A stretch of 62,053 nucleotides of DNA, counting the filler. It is 4 parts of 4 records of this genome, joined end to end, with 100 filler letters (N's around TTAATTAATTAA, not from the genome) between each part and the next. Parts side by side here need not be neighbours in the genome. Positions count along the whole stretch, not along the records: positions 7,609 to 32,109 come from DRR723986_5811; positions 32,210 to 56,513 come from DRR723986_5812; 2 more parts are not named here. One strand, given 5' to 3'. Made by a program: the position numbers and the translations under genes. Every line of letters begins with the position of its first letter. The stretch's first letter is position 1. The notes below the pieces were generated by a model, which worked only from the letters and a program-made list of their open reading frames with translations, ran no database searches and was not told the origin of the DNA. This document shows, one piece after another, positions 28,248-39,236 of the stretch.

Positions 28248-29291
28248 ATGCCCCACCGGCAAGCCAATATTGAAATCGGATTGAATGCCGTCATCGTATC
28301 GGTTGCCGGAGGCCTGCCCCAGATCGTTCACGTGAACGATGCGAAGGAGGCCAGTACACAGACAGGCCAGCAAACCGGAGCAGAGAGCGGCACGAACGCG
28401 CCGGGTGAGGCAACACTCGACAGCCTTCCGTTTGGTCCATTCGACCCGATCCGTCACCGCACCTTCGAAATCGGCCTGCGTTCCTGGGTGGAAAACCAGA
28501 CCGCGCTGAGGTTGGGATATGTCGAACAGCTTTACACTTTCGGCGACCGTGGCCGGCACCGGGTCTTCGGTGATGAAGGACCGCATGTGGTTTCGGTCGG
28601 GTATCTGGCTTTGACACGTCAGACCCCGGATTCGGAAAGCATGCTTCTGCGGCACGATTCGGCATGGCGTTCCTGGTACGACTATTTCCCCTGGGAAGAC
28701 TGGCGCACCGGGCGTCCCGAGGTCCTGGATCGGGACATCCTGCCTGCTCTCGACGCCTGGTCCAGCGAACCACCGCCTTCGGGTGAGCCGCCCAAACCAC
28801 TTGGGCGTCAGGAACGGGTGCGCCTTGCCTTTGGCACCGGCGGGACTTCCTGGGATGAAGAAAGGGCGCTGGAGCGGTTCGAACTTCTTTATGAGGCTGG
28901 CCTCGTCGAAGAAGCCCGGACCGATGGACGGCCAGCGGCCCTGCGGCGGTCAAACCTGCCTTTTCTCGGCGCGTCGATGCGCTTCGACCATCGCCGGGTG
29001 CTGGCGACAGCCATTTCCCGGTTGCGCGGCAAGTTGAAATACCGACCGGTGATCTTCGAACTGATGCCGGAGACCTTCACGCTCACCGAGCTTCAAACCT
29101 CTGTCGAGGCCATTTCGGGACGCCATCTGCACAAGCAGAATTTCCGCCGCCTGGTAGAAAACGCCGACCTTGTCGAACCGACCGGTGCAACGTCGACCGC
29201 GACCGGGGGCCGCCCGGCCGCCCTGTTCCGGTTCCGCCACCAATTGTTGAGCGAACGGCCTGCCCCCGGGCTTCGTGTAGGCGGGCGCTGA
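28248..29291 (+). CDS. NadQ/NrtR-like Nudix plus winged-helix regulator
   Basis: LPFGPF...LR.WV..QT...GYVEQLYTFGDR; FDH, RLRGKLKY, FTLTELQ, HKQNFRR, GGRPA.LF. Confidence 0.8.
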   Translation: MPHRQANIEIGLNAVIVSVAGGLPQIVHVNDAKEASTQTGQQTGAESGTNAPGEATLDSLPFGPFDPIRHRTFEIGLRSWVENQTALRLGYVEQLYTFGDRGRHRVFGDEGPHVVSVGYLALTRQTPDSESMLLRHDSAWRSWYDYFPWEDWRTGRPEVLDRDILPALDAWSSEPPPSGEPPKPLGRQERVRLAFGTGGTSWDEERALERFELLYEAGLVEEARTDGRPAALRRSNLPFLGASMRFDHRRVLATAISRLRGKLKYRPVIFELMPETFTLTELQTSVEAISGRHLHKQNFRRLVENADLVEPTGATSTATGGRPAALFRFRHQLLSERPAPGLRVGGR

Positions 29292-29526
29292 CGGCTTTCT
29301 GCGATTTTTTTCGACACGGCCATTAAAGTTAAGTCCTTAGTAATATTAACCATAACTCCTCCTATCGGCGCGAAAACTTCCACGATTTTCCACGAATTCC
29401 AGTCTTATTAACGCTCTTTCAAGGTTAAGCAGACATCTTCAATTTCAGCGTCGTTGTTTACACAGCGTTCACGCTGTTCGTCCGGCGTTTTCGGGACGAT
29501 GTGTAACGAGTTGGAGTTGGCTGCGT

Positions 29527-30774
29527 ATGTCTGGCCTTAAGTCCCGCAACGGAAAGCGGTTTTCTTCTAAAGTGACACAAGATTTCGGCCCGGTCCGTGC
29601 GCGTATGCGCCGGCTCAAATATGTTCTTGTTGCCTGCCCACTGGTCTGGCTCGGTATCGGCGGATCGGTTGGAAACCAGGACATCTTTTCGCTCGTCAAC
29701 TCGCGCAAGGCGGAATCGCCGCGCTGGATGATGTATCTTGAGCCAGCGAATTTCACGACGAAGGTTGCACCGAAACTGGCGCTCGGCACGACGCCGGTAC
29801 CCGACCATATCTCTGCACCGATCCTGACACTGACGTCGGCAGATGAAGATTTCGAGGCCAGGCCACTCGTCGGTTTTGAAGAGGTCGCCATGAACGCCAG
29901 GCCGACCGAAGTGCCCGATACGATCCTCACCAACAGCACCGCCAAAAGCGACCGCCTGATCACGATGGCGCCGGACCGCCAGATGGTCGACAGGGCAGCC
30001 GGCAATCTCTACGCCATGTCGAGCCTGATCTCGACGGAGAAGAAACACGAGGATCTGCCGCGCGTCGCCTTCGTCAAAGCACAGCCGCTCAACTCCCAGG
30101 AAACCAGCATGCTCGCCAGCAACGGCAAGGATGGTTTCCCGGAAGGTGGGCCGTTGGACCTGCAAAAGGTCATGATGGCGCGCAATGCCGCTGCCGCCAG
30201 CTTCTCCCTCGTTTCCGCCTACGCTCCTGAAAGCGTGAAGGAAACCAAGGAACCCTTCGACGCGCTGTTCGGCGCTGCCATGTACGAGCAGGAGCTGCCG
30301 CCGCCGGAAGATCCCGACAACCCGCATTGGTGGGCGCAAAAGCCCCTGCCACTGTCCGTTGGAGACAAGAAAGAGCAGCGCTGCCTTGCCGAGGCCATCT
30401 ACTTCGAAGCTCGCGGTGAAAGCGAAGATGGCCAGGTGGCCGTCGCGCAGGTCGTGTTGAACCGAGTCAAGAACCCGGCCTACCCGGACAGCATCTGCGG
30501 CGTCGTTTACCAGAACCGCCACAAACGCAACCGCTGCCAGTTCTCCTTTGCCTGCGATGGTATCAAGGATCGCATTTCCAGCCCGACCGCCTGGGCAACC
30601 GCCCAGAAGCTGGCAAGGGATGTCGCTGACGGCAAGCGCTATTCGAAGATGGTCGACGCTTCGACCCACTATCATGCGACCTACGTCAACCCGCGGTGGG
30701 CGAAGTCCATGGCAAAACGCGGCAAAGTCGGCCTGCACATCTTTTACAAGACCTACGCCGGCGGCTGGAACTGA
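29527..30774 (+). CDS. Cell wall hydrolase SleB (Hydrolase_2) family
   Basis: [25 protein letters not shown]...[31 protein letters not shown]. Confidence 0.92.
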   Translation: MSGLKSRNGKRFSSKVTQDFGPVRARMRRLKYVLVACPLVWLGIGGSVGNQDIFSLVNSRKAESPRWMMYLEPANFTTKVAPKLALGTTPVPDHISAPILTLTSADEDFEARPLVGFEEVAMNARPTEVPDTILTNSTAKSDRLITMAPDRQMVDRAAGNLYAMSSLISTEKKHEDLPRVAFVKAQPLNSQETSMLASNGKDGFPEGGPLDLQKVMMARNAAAASFSLVSAYAPESVKETKEPFDALFGAAMYEQELPPPEDPDNPHWWAQKPLPLSVGDKKEQRCLAEAIYFEARGESEDGQVAVAQVVLNRVKNPAYPDSICGVVYQNRHKRNRCQFSFACDGIKDRISSPTAWATAQKLARDVADGKRYSKMVDASTHYHATYVNPRWAKSMAKRGKVGLHIFYKTYAGGWN

Positions 30775-30861
30775 TCCTGCCGCCCGGGGCCTTCCCCACG
30801 TCCTTCTTCGGCCTGCTCGTGCCATAGGCGTCCTCAGATGCCTGTGGCCCGTGCTTTCCCG

Positions 30862-31365
30862 TCAGTCGCTCGACTTGAAGACGTTGGTGACCACATAGGT
30901 TGCCAGAAGGACGAGATGAAACCCCAGAAGGGCGGCAACCTGAAGCGGTGTGGTCTGGGAAAATTCCAGAAGTTCGCTCAATACGTGGATCGATGAGATG
31001 ATGATGATCGTCGAAACGATCCGGTGCTTCATCCGCCTGTAGGCCTTCTCGCCCTGCTGGATGTAGTCATCGCCCTGCACAAGGGCCTTCAGCCGGAAGG
31101 TGTTGTAGGTGTTGGTCGCCACCATGATCACCAGATTGGCGATGAACACCATGTCGAGCAGATTGAGAATCAGCAGGATCGTCTTCTTGCGGTCCAGAAA
31201 CTCGAAGCTCTGGATCGCGTCGTAGATATCGACGAAGAAGGTGACGAGAAACAGCACCATGGCAACAGACAGACCGGCCAGGATCGGAACCTGCGCGTAG
31301 CGGGTCAGCCTGATTACCGGATCGCTTGCCGAGATCTTGCGGTCTTCGTTCTCACGTTCACTCAT
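30862..31365 (-). CDS. YqhA (UPF0114)-like membrane protein
   Basis: LNLLDMVFIANLVIMV, Y..F, K...STIIIISSIHVL pattern. Confidence 0.65.
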   Translation of the reverse strand: MSERENEDRKISASDPVIRLTRYAQVPILAGLSVAMVLFLVTFFVDIYDAIQSFEFLDRKKTILLILNLLDMVFIANLVIMVATNTYNTFRLKALVQGDDYIQQGEKAYRRMKHRIVSTIIIISSIHVLSELLEFSQTTPLQVAALLGFHLVLLATYVVTNVFKSSD

Positions 31366-31490
31366 GTGCCTGCCCCGACTGTCCTTCTTCAGAGCTAGCA
31401 CGAGTATGGATTGCAGACCAACCCGGAAGGTCGGCCTGCAAACTGCATTCACGGCCGGCATCTAACGCCGGCCGGATCAAACGGTTGAGA

Positions 31491-32109
31491 TCAAGCGGTT
31501 GCGAAAGTGTCCTTGAACTGCTCGCGAAGAACGTTCTTCTGGACCTTGCCCATGGTGTTGCGCGGCAGGCTGTCGACCAGAACAAGCTTCCGCGGATGCT
31601 TGAAACGGGCGAGCGATGTTCCGGCAACAGCAAGGATCGCGTCCAGATCGGGCGTTTCCGGGCTATCCGGCACCACCAGGCCCAGCACTGTTTCTCCGAA
31701 ATCGGAATGCGGCACACCAATGACGGCGCTTTCCCGAACCCCGGGCTGGGCATCCAGGATCAACTCGATTTCCTTCGGGTAGATGTTGTAGCCGCCGGAA
31801 ATGATCAGGTCCTTGTTGCGCCCGACGATATGGACATAGCCGTCTGCGTCGATCATCCCGAGATCACCGGTGATGAAGAAGCTGTCCTCCCGCAATTCGG
31901 CAGCGGTCTTCTCCGGCATCTGCCAATACCCCTTGAAGACGTTCGGGCCGCGCACCTCTATCTGGCCAACCGTTTCGGCCGGCAACGTGTCGCCCGTCGC
32001 GGGGTCCGTGATCTTCAGTTCCACGCCCGGGAGCGGGAAACCGACCGTCCCGGCGCGGCGCTCGCCTTCATACGGGTTGGAGGTGTTCATATTGGTTTCG
32101 GTCATGCCG
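31491..32109 (-). CDS. matB: Malonyl-CoA synthetase, C-terminal part (contig end)
   Basis: GMTETNMNTSNPY, GPNVFKGYWQMPEKT, GRNKDLIISGG.N.YPKE, PRNTMGKVQKN. Confidence 0.88.
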
Positions 32110-32209
32110 NNNNNNNNNNNNNNNNNNNNNNNNNNNNNNNNNNNNNNNNNNNNTTAATTAATTAANNNNNNNNNNNNNNNNNNNNNNNNNNNNNNNNNNN
32201 NNNNNNNNN
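32110..32209. other. Artificial contig linker
   Basis: N44-TTAATTAATTAA-N44. Confidence 0.99.
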
Positions 32210-32528
32210 GCGAGGTCATCGGCTCCTGGAAGATCATGGTGATCTTGGCACCGCGGATCTTGTTGAGCTTGCCCACCGGCATGCCGAGAATATTCCGGCC
32301 TTCGTAGATCACCTCGCCGCGTGTGCGCCCGTTGGACGCCAGAAGGCCCATAGCCGCCATCATGGTCTGGCTCTTGCCCGAGCCGCTTTCCCCGACGATC
32401 GCAACGGTTTCACCCGCCTGGACGTGAATGTCGACGCCCTGAACCGCATTGACGGTACCCGTCGCGGTTTCAAAGTCGACCTTCAGATCCTTGATTGAGA
32501 GGACCGTTTTCTTGGTTTCGCTGGTCAT
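32210..32528 (-). CDS. oppD: Oligopeptide ABC ATP-binding protein, N-terminal fragment
   Basis: VGESGSGKS, MIFQEPMTS. Confidence 0.85.
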
Positions 32529-32538
32529 GGTCTTCTCC

Positions 32539-33666
32539 TCACCGGTCCTTCGGGTCCAGGGCATCGCGCAGGCCGTCGCCGATGAAGTTCAGCGCAAACA
32601 GGGTCGATGTCAGGAAGATGGACGGGAAAATCAGCATCCAGGGAGCCCCTTGCAGATTTCGCGCGCCTTCGGAAATCAATACGCCCCAGCTGGTCATCGG
32701 CTCCTGAATGCCGAGGCCAAGGAAGGACAGGAAACTTTCCAGCAGGATCACCTTCGGCACCAGAAGTGTCATGTAGACCACGACCGGACCAAGCGTATTC
32801 GGGATGATGTGCCGGCGCACGATACCGCCATCGGCCACACCGAGTGCTTCCGCCGCCTGCACATATTCCTGGCGTTTGATGGTCAGCGTCTGCCCGCGCA
32901 CGATGCGCGCCATGTCGAGCCATTCCACGGCACCGACGGCGATGAACATCAGGATGAAGTTCCGGCCGAAGAACACGACGAGCATGATCACGAAGAAGAT
33001 GAACGGCAGCGAATAGAGGATATCCACGACGCGCATCATCATCTGGTCGACCCGGCCACCGAGATATCCTGAAGTCGCCCCGTAGAGAACACCGATTGAG
33101 ATCGCAACGATGGTTGCCAACAGACCGATGGTCAGCGACACGCGGCCGGCGATGAAGGTCCGGGTCATCATGTCACGACCATTGGCGTCGGTGCCGAAAT
33201 AGAAATGCATGAAGTTGATGTCAGCCCTGACCGTTGCAGACTTGTTGTCTGCGGACATGTCTGTCAGCTCGGTATTCTTGAACAGGTCGCTACGGTCAAA
33301 ATACAGCACTGACCGGGGATCGATATCTCGGCTGGAGGTGACCTTGGCGACAATCGTGTCGCCTTCGCGCTCAAACGCTTCCACGGTCAGACGCGCCCGT
33401 TTGGCGGAAGACATGAACCCGGGCTCGACCTGCTCAGGCTTCGGATAGGCCTCCAGGCTGGCCGGCACCTTCACGTAGTCACGATAGACTGTGTCGTAGT
33501 GATGAGGCGACAGGATCGGACCAAGAATCGAGATCAGGCCGATTGTCAGAAGCACGATGATGGAGGCGACCGCCGCACGGTTGGCGAGCAACCGGTCGCG
33601 TGCGTCGTCCCACAGGGAACGCCCCTTCGCAGGCGCCCCGGTGAATGAAGTTGCAGTGAGGGTCAC
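32539..33666 (-). CDS. oppC: Oligopeptide ABC permease
   Basis: FGTDANGRD, ARIVRGQ, HIIPN, ESFLSFLGLG, GDGLRDALDP; GTG start with GAGGAG. Confidence 0.9.
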   Translation of the reverse strand: MTLTATSFTGAPAKGRSLWDDARDRLLANRAAVASIIVLLTIGLISILGPILSPHHYDTVYRDYVKVPASLEAYPKPEQVEPGFMSSAKRARLTVEAFEREGDTIVAKVTSSRDIDPRSVLYFDRSDLFKNTELTDMSADNKSATVRADINFMHFYFGTDANGRDMMTRTFIAGRVSLTIGLLATIVAISIGVLYGATSGYLGGRVDQMMMRVVDILYSLPFIFFVIMLVVFFGRNFILMFIAVGAVEWLDMARIVRGQTLTIKRQEYVQAAEALGVADGGIVRRHIIPNTLGPVVVYMTLLVPKVILLESFLSFLGLGIQEPMTSWGVLISEGARNLQGAPWMLIFPSIFLTSTLFALNFIGDGLRDALDPKDR

Positions 33667-33679
33667 AGTCGTCTCCTCC

Positions 33680-34603
33680 TCAGTCGTAGCGCACACGCGG
33701 ATCGAGCAGCGCATAGAGCAGATCCACGACGAGGTTGAACAGGATAACAAAGCAGGCAACGACAACAACCGTCCCCATGACCAGGGTGTAGTCACGGTTG
33801 AGAGCGCCCTGCACGAAGTAGCGGCCGATGCCTGGGATACCGAAGATGGTTTCGATCACGACGGAACCGGTGAGCAGCGCTGCCGCAGCCGGGCCGAGAT
33901 AGGAAACGACCGGCAGGATCGCCCCTCTGAGCGCATGCACCACCACAATCATGTAGGAGGTCAGCCCATAGGCCCTTGCAGTGCGAACATGGTTGGACCT
34001 GAGCGCCTCGATCATCGAGCCGCGCGTCAGACGTGCCACGACTGCGATCTGAGGCAGCGCGAGTGTCACGACCGGCAGCACCCGGTTGACGAAAGCCCCA
34101 CCATTCCAGCCCCCCACGGGCAGCCAGCCGAGCCACACGCCGAGGATCAGGGTCAGGATCGGCGCAACGACGAAGTTGGGGATCGTGACACCGAGCGTTG
34201 CCGCAGCCATGATCGAATAGTCTGCCGGTTTGTTCTGGCGCAGCGCCGCCGCCACGCCCAGGAAACCGCCGACCACCAGAGCCAGGCAGAGCGCGGACAA
34301 GCCCAGCTGGATGGAGATGGGAAGACTTTCCGCAAACAGTTCATTGATCGAGAAGTCGCGGAAGTAGAAACTCGGACCGAAATCCAGACGGGCCACGCTC
34401 TGCAGGTACAACAGGTACTGGTTCCACAGGGGCTCGTTGAGATGGTAGATCTTGTTCAGGTTTTCCATCACCTTTGCTTCCAGGGGACGTTCCAGATCGA
34501 ACGGTCCACCCGGCGCGATGCGGATGAGGAAAAAGGAAATCGTGACAATCAGAAAAAGCGTCGGGATTGCGCCGAGCAATCGTCCGAGGACATATCGGAG
34601 CAT
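33680..34603 (-). CDS. oppB: Oligopeptide ABC permease
   Basis: APGGPF, DFGPS, RTARAYGL, IETIFGIPGIG, LDPRVR. Confidence 0.92.
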   Translation of the reverse strand: MLRYVLGRLLGAIPTLFLIVTISFFLIRIAPGGPFDLERPLEAKVMENLNKIYHLNEPLWNQYLLYLQSVARLDFGPSFYFRDFSINELFAESLPISIQLGLSALCLALVVGGFLGVAAALRQNKPADYSIMAAATLGVTIPNFVVAPILTLILGVWLGWLPVGGWNGGAFVNRVLPVVTLALPQIAVVARLTRGSMIEALRSNHVRTARAYGLTSYMIVVVHALRGAILPVVSYLGPAAAALLTGSVVIETIFGIPGIGRYFVQGALNRDYTLVMGTVVVVACFVILFNLVVDLLYALLDPRVRYD

Positions 34604-34673
34604 AGGCTTTGCCTCTGTTTGTTAAACGGCGGTCTTTCGGTCAATCTTGATTGATTGATGCCGCCTTGCAAGA

Positions 34674-34696
34674 ACCGGCAGGGAAGCCCTGCCGGT
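34674..34696. terminator. Intercistronic stem-loop after oppA
   Basis: ACCGGCAGGG-AAG-CCCTGCCGGT. Confidence 0.55.
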
Positions 34697-34711
34697 CTCG
34701 ATGTTGTCAGG

Positions 34712-36298
34712 TTATTCGGAGATGCTCATCCAGCGGGACGGATGGATATTGAGGAGGTTGTCCTCAAATCCTGCCATCTTGTCGGAGACCAGGTTCATGG
34801 AACCGTAGTACATCATCGGAATGAACGGCAGGTCCCGCATGAAGAGCTCTTCAGCCTTCTTCAGGATGTCCGCACGCTTCTCCAGATCCACCGTGACGGC
34901 CGCTTCGTCCATGAGTGCATCATACTCAGGATTGTTGTAGCGGGCGTAGTTGAAGCCGTCGTTGTCGCTCTCGACCATGAACAGGAAGTTCTGCGGGTCG
35001 GAGTAGTCGCCGATCCAGCCGGCGCGTGCGACGTCGAAGTCCTGACGGTCACGCAGCATGGCGTAATGCGTCTTGGTGTCGGTGTTGATCAGCTTGACGT
35101 TGACGCCGAGAGGTTTCCACATGTCGGCAATCGCGACTGCCGTGTTCTTGTGGTTTTCGGACGTGTTGTAGTTGATCGTCAGTTCGACAGGATTGTCCGG
35201 GCCGAAACCTGCATTGGTCAGAAGTTCGATCGCTTTTTCTTCGCGGTCGATCTGGGACATGTCCTTGTAGTCGGCATAGGCCGGTTCACCGTAGTTACCG
35301 ATGCCCGGCGGCACGAAGGAATAGCCGGCCACCATGGTGGAGCCCCAGATTTCGTCGGCCAGGAACTCACGGTCAATCGCCATGGACAGAGCCTGGCGGA
35401 CGTCCGGGTTCTTCAGGACTTCGTCTTCGTGATTAAGCGCGTAATAGTAGGTGCCCAGATACGGCGCCACGTGGAACTGGTCGCCCAGGTTCTCACGCAT
35501 GAAGGCGACCTGCTCGGTCGGCGCATCGTTGTTGGTGTGCAGCTCACCGGCCTGGAACCGGCGCAGAGCCGCGCCACGGTCTTCGGTCGGATAGAAGAAG
35601 ACAGTGTCGATCTTCACCTGATCGGCGTCATGGAAATGCGGGTTCTTGACCGCTTTCACATGTGCGTTCGGCACGAATTCTGCGAGGGTAAAGGCACCGT
35701 TGGTGACGATGTTTTCGGCTTTCACGAAATCGGAGCCGAATTTTTCAACGGAAGCCGGATGGACCGGAAGGCCGGTCTGGTGGCCCAGAAGGTCAATGAA
35801 ATACGGCGTCGGGGACTCCAGAGCGATCTCGAGCGTATGATCGTCAAGCGCCTTCACGCCGAGTTCTTCCGGCTTGGCTTCGCCCTTGTTGACCTTTTCG
35901 GCGTTCAGGATCGGATACAGAACGTTGGCGTATTTCGCGCCTGTTTCCGGGTTCATGATGCGCTGAAGCGAAAAGACGAAATCGCCGGCAACAACCGGAT
36001 CCCCATTGGACCACTTGGCATCATCGCGCAGCATGAAGGTATAGGTCTTGCCGTCGTCGGAAACCTTCCACTCCGAAGCCACGCCCGGAATGATCTGGCC
36101 ATCGGCGCCATAGGCAACCAGGCCCTCGTAAAGATCACGCAGGATATGCGCTTCATAGGTTGTGGAGGTCTTGTGCTGATCCAGGGTTTCCGGGTCGGCA
36201 GTGTTGCCGCGGTGGTAGACCACCTCTGCAACCGCAGTAATAGATGTAGCAGCCATCAAGGCAGCCGCAAGCGCTGTCACACGCATGGACTTGAACAT
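34712..36298 (-). CDS. oppA: Oligopeptide ABC substrate-binding protein
   Basis: Signal peptide; PETLD, LYEGLV, AKWSNGDPV.A.DF, RAGWIGDY.DP. Confidence 0.92.
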   Translation of the reverse strand: MFKSMRVTALAAALMAATSITAVAEVVYHRGNTADPETLDQHKTSTTYEAHILRDLYEGLVAYGADGQIIPGVASEWKVSDDGKTYTFMLRDDAKWSNGDPVVAGDFVFSLQRIMNPETGAKYANVLYPILNAEKVNKGEAKPEELGVKALDDHTLEIALESPTPYFIDLLGHQTGLPVHPASVEKFGSDFVKAENIVTNGAFTLAEFVPNAHVKAVKNPHFHDADQVKIDTVFFYPTEDRGAALRRFQAGELHTNNDAPTEQVAFMRENLGDQFHVAPYLGTYYYALNHEDEVLKNPDVRQALSMAIDREFLADEIWGSTMVAGYSFVPPGIGNYGEPAYADYKDMSQIDREEKAIELLTNAGFGPDNPVELTINYNTSENHKNTAVAIADMWKPLGVNVKLINTDTKTHYAMLRDRQDFDVARAGWIGDYSDPQNFLFMVESDNDGFNYARYNNPEYDALMDEAAVTVDLEKRADILKKAEELFMRDLPFIPMMYYGSMNLVSDKMAGFEDNLLNIHPSRWMSISE

Positions 36299-36520
36299 AT
36301 CGCTCTCCCCTCTTGGGTTATAGTTGAAGCAAATGGAACGATGGGTCACAAGATTCCACGCTCTTTGCGAGCAATCAAGCATCCCCCAACGGCACATTTC
36401 GACCTTAGTCGCAAAAAGGCGATGTTTTTGCTTGTTTTTAAACGAAACCGGAAAATTTTTCCGTTGTTTTACTCGGCGGTCAAATAATTTGACCTCAACA
36501 CGCGCAATTATGTTTCAATC

Positions 36521-37003
36521 CTAGCGGCAAAATCGATATTTTCCACTATGAGCCAGATACATGCCCGTATCAGGGTTGAAAGACTTGAATTTCCGCGCGC
36601 AATAGGCCGTCCACTGAGGGGTAAAAGGAGCCAGTCCGGTCTTGGTATAGGGGACACGCTGCGGTTGTCCGCGATAGCGCGGCGGGTTCACATAGACCCG
36701 CGACCGGTAGGGATAGGCCCGCATGTCGTAGGGGTGGTAATAGTAAGGTGCGCCATAGGGACGGTAAGGCGGGCCGTAAAGACCATAAGGTGCGTAGAAG
36801 GCGCCGCCGCGATAACCACGATTGCCGAAACCGAAGCCGATACCGACACCATTGAAATAGATCCCGTCGGCACGTGCGGGCGATGTGCCGGTCAAGCCGG
36901 CGACTGCCCCGGCCAGACACATGGCGACAGCGGCAAGACAGATCCGAAACCGCTTGCGGGCAAGAGCGCCCCTTTCGCGTTTCGCCAGGTTCAGGTCAGA
37001 CAT
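36521..37003 (-). CDS. BA14K family lectin-like protein
   Basis: Signal peptide, Y/P-rich middle, W.AYCARKFKSFNP.TG.Y....G.Y.FCR C-terminus. Confidence 0.85.
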   Translation of the reverse strand: MSDLNLAKRERGALARKRFRICLAAVAMCLAGAVAGLTGTSPARADGIYFNGVGIGFGFGNRGYRGGAFYAPYGLYGPPYRPYGAPYYYHPYDMRAYPYRSRVYVNPPRYRGQPQRVPYTKTGLAPFTPQWTAYCARKFKSFNPDTGMYLAHSGKYRFCR

Positions 37004-37206
37004 GATGCTCTCTCCTGTCGGCGCACGCCCCGCGCCTGTTGGTCGCCCCTGTCCACACGCTGCCCAGAATAACGCATTCGGGCACCAAAATCTCTCCGAT
37101 CCCGATCAAAAATGCTGGGCGTTCTTTCCGGGCCGCTTGCGCGGTTCACGCGCGGCCAGTAAACCGGGCGCCGATCCGACATTCCGACCGGGAAAACAAG
37201 ACCCTC

Positions 37207-39018
37207 ATGGCTCCACCGCTGCTGATACTTCGCGACGTTCATCTGACCTTTGGCGGCACGCCACTTCTTACCGGTGCCGAGCTTTCCGTTTCCGAAGGTG
37301 AGCGCATGTGCCTTGTCGGCCGCAACGGCTCCGGCAAGTCGACCCTTTTGAAGATTGCTGCCGGCATGGTGGAGATGGACAAGGGCGAACGCTTCTTCCA
37401 GCCCGGCCGCACGGTGCGCTATCTCCCGCAGGATCCGGACCTTTCCGCCTATGCCTCCACACTGGAGTATGTCAACGAAGGCCTGACCGAGGGCGACGAT
37501 CCCTATCGCGGCGCTTATCTTCTGGAAGTCCTCGGCCTTAGCGGCACGGAAGACCCAAAGTCCCTTTCCGGCGGCGAAGCCCGCCGAGCTGCCCTCGCCC
37601 GGACGCTCGCCCCCGAGCCGGATATCCTGTTGCTCGACGAGCCAACCAACCACCTGGACCTTCCCGCCATCGAATGGCTGGAACAGGAGCTGAAGAGCCT
37701 GAAGTCTGCCCTGGTGCTGATTTCCCACGACCGTCGCTTCCTGGAAAACCTGTCGCGCACCACTGTCTGGATCGACCGCGGCGTCGCCCGCCGGCTCGAC
37801 AAGGGCTTTGCCCACTTCGAAGCCTGGCGCGACGAGGTGTTCGAGCAGGAAGAGGTCGACCAGCAGAAACTGGCGCAGAAGATCAAGCGCGAAGAGCACT
37901 GGATGACCTACGGTGTCACCGCCCGGCGCAAGCGCAATATGCGGCGCGTGCGCGAGCTTGCCGACCTTCGCAAACAGAAGCGGGAACATCGCGGGCCTCA
38001 AGGCACCGCCAAGCTTGCTGCCACGGATGCCGAAGTTTCGGGCAAGCTGGTGATCGAAGCCAAAAGCATTTCCAAGACCTATGGCGACCGTGCCATCGTC
38101 AAGGACTTCTCAACCCGCATCCAGCGCGGTGACAGGATCGGTTTTGTCGGCCCGAACGGCGCCGGCAAGACGACGCTTCTGAAGATGCTGACAGGCGAAC
38201 TGGCACCGGACACGGGCACGACACGGCTCGGCACCAATCTGGAAATGGTCACACTCGACCAGAAGCGCGAGAACCTGAACCTCAACGACACGCTGTCCTC
38301 GGTCCTGACCGGCGGGCGCGGCGATACGGTGGTGATCGGCGACGAGACCAAGCATGTCATGTCCTACATGAAGGACTTTCTGTTCTCGCCGGAACAGGCC
38401 CGTACGCCGGTGGGTGTGCTGTCGGGTGGTGAACGCGCCCGCGCCATGCTCGCCCGGGCACTGGCCAACAAGTCGAACCTGATGGTGCTCGACGAACCGA
38501 CCAACGACCTCGACCTTGAAACGCTCGACCTGCTGCAGGAACTGCTGGCCGACTATCCCGGCACGGCCCTGATCGTCTCGCACGACCGCGATTTTCTCGA
38601 CCGGGTGGCAACCTCCGTGATCGTCTCGGAGGGCGACGGCCTGTGGCGTGAATATGCCGGTGGCTACACCGACATGCTGGCACAGCGCGGCGAAGGCGTG
38701 ACCGCCCGCAAGGCCGACAAGGCAGCGCCCGTGAAGAAGGAAAAGCCTTCCGCTCCAGAGGCTTCGCCGCAAAAGCCTCAGGCAAAATCAAAACTGAGCT
38801 TCACCCAACAGCATCTTCTGAAAACCCTGCCGGACACGATCGAGAAACTTGAAGCGCGTCTCGAAACGCTTCAGGCGGAAATGAACGACCCGCAGCTCTA
38901 CGTGAAGAACCCTAACAAATTTGCCAAGATATCCCAGCAAATTACTGATCTCACGAACGAAAAGGATGCTGCGGAAGAGCAGTGGCTGGAGCTGGAAATG
39001 CTGAACGAGGCGGGTTAG
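37207..39018 (+). CDS. uup: ABC-F ATPase Uup
   Basis: Two ABC cassettes (GRNGSGKS, GPNGAGKT, DEPTNHLD, DEPTNDLD), GVTARRKRN, C-terminal WLELE. Confidence 0.9.
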   Translation: MAPPLLILRDVHLTFGGTPLLTGAELSVSEGERMCLVGRNGSGKSTLLKIAAGMVEMDKGERFFQPGRTVRYLPQDPDLSAYASTLEYVNEGLTEGDDPYRGAYLLEVLGLSGTEDPKSLSGGEARRAALARTLAPEPDILLLDEPTNHLDLPAIEWLEQELKSLKSALVLISHDRRFLENLSRTTVWIDRGVARRLDKGFAHFEAWRDEVFEQEEVDQQKLAQKIKREEHWMTYGVTARRKRNMRRVRELADLRKQKREHRGPQGTAKLAATDAEVSGKLVIEAKSISKTYGDRAIVKDFSTRIQRGDRIGFVGPNGAGKTTLLKMLTGELAPDTGTTRLGTNLEMVTLDQKRENLNLNDTLSSVLTGGRGDTVVIGDETKHVMSYMKDFLFSPEQARTPVGVLSGGERARAMLARALANKSNLMVLDEPTNDLDLETLDLLQELLADYPGTALIVSHDRDFLDRVATSVIVSEGDGLWREYAGGYTDMLAQRGEGVTARKADKAAPVKKEKPSAPEASPQKPQAKSKLSFTQQHLLKTLPDTIEKLEARLETLQAEMNDPQLYVKNPNKFAKISQQITDLTNEKDAAEEQWLELEMLNEAG

Positions 39019-39236
39019 GCAAGCCGTTCGGCACATCAACTTCAGAAATTGATTCAACTCAGGGACCGCCCAGCTCTGCACTCCGGCACCACGATTAAGT
39101 GGTCCACGAGTACTGGGCGCCCGCCGGGCTCATTGCACCAAATCAGGCCCTATGGCACCCAGCCGGGACACCGTGTTCTGGCGGAACCTGCCGCCACCTG
39201 CCGCGTTTCCTTTTCGAGCAAGAAGGAGACGCACAG

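Noticed and set aside
31491-32109. matB, livM, oppD and katG fragments as pseudogenes
   Set aside because: Each truncation coincides exactly with a contig end, with no internal stops or frameshifts
34655-36487. Long antisense ORFs (also 11617-13056, 19209-20498, 24488-25750, 29458-30825, 52836-54248)
   Set aside because: Shadow frames opposite well-supported genes in GC-rich DNA, with no recognisable motifs
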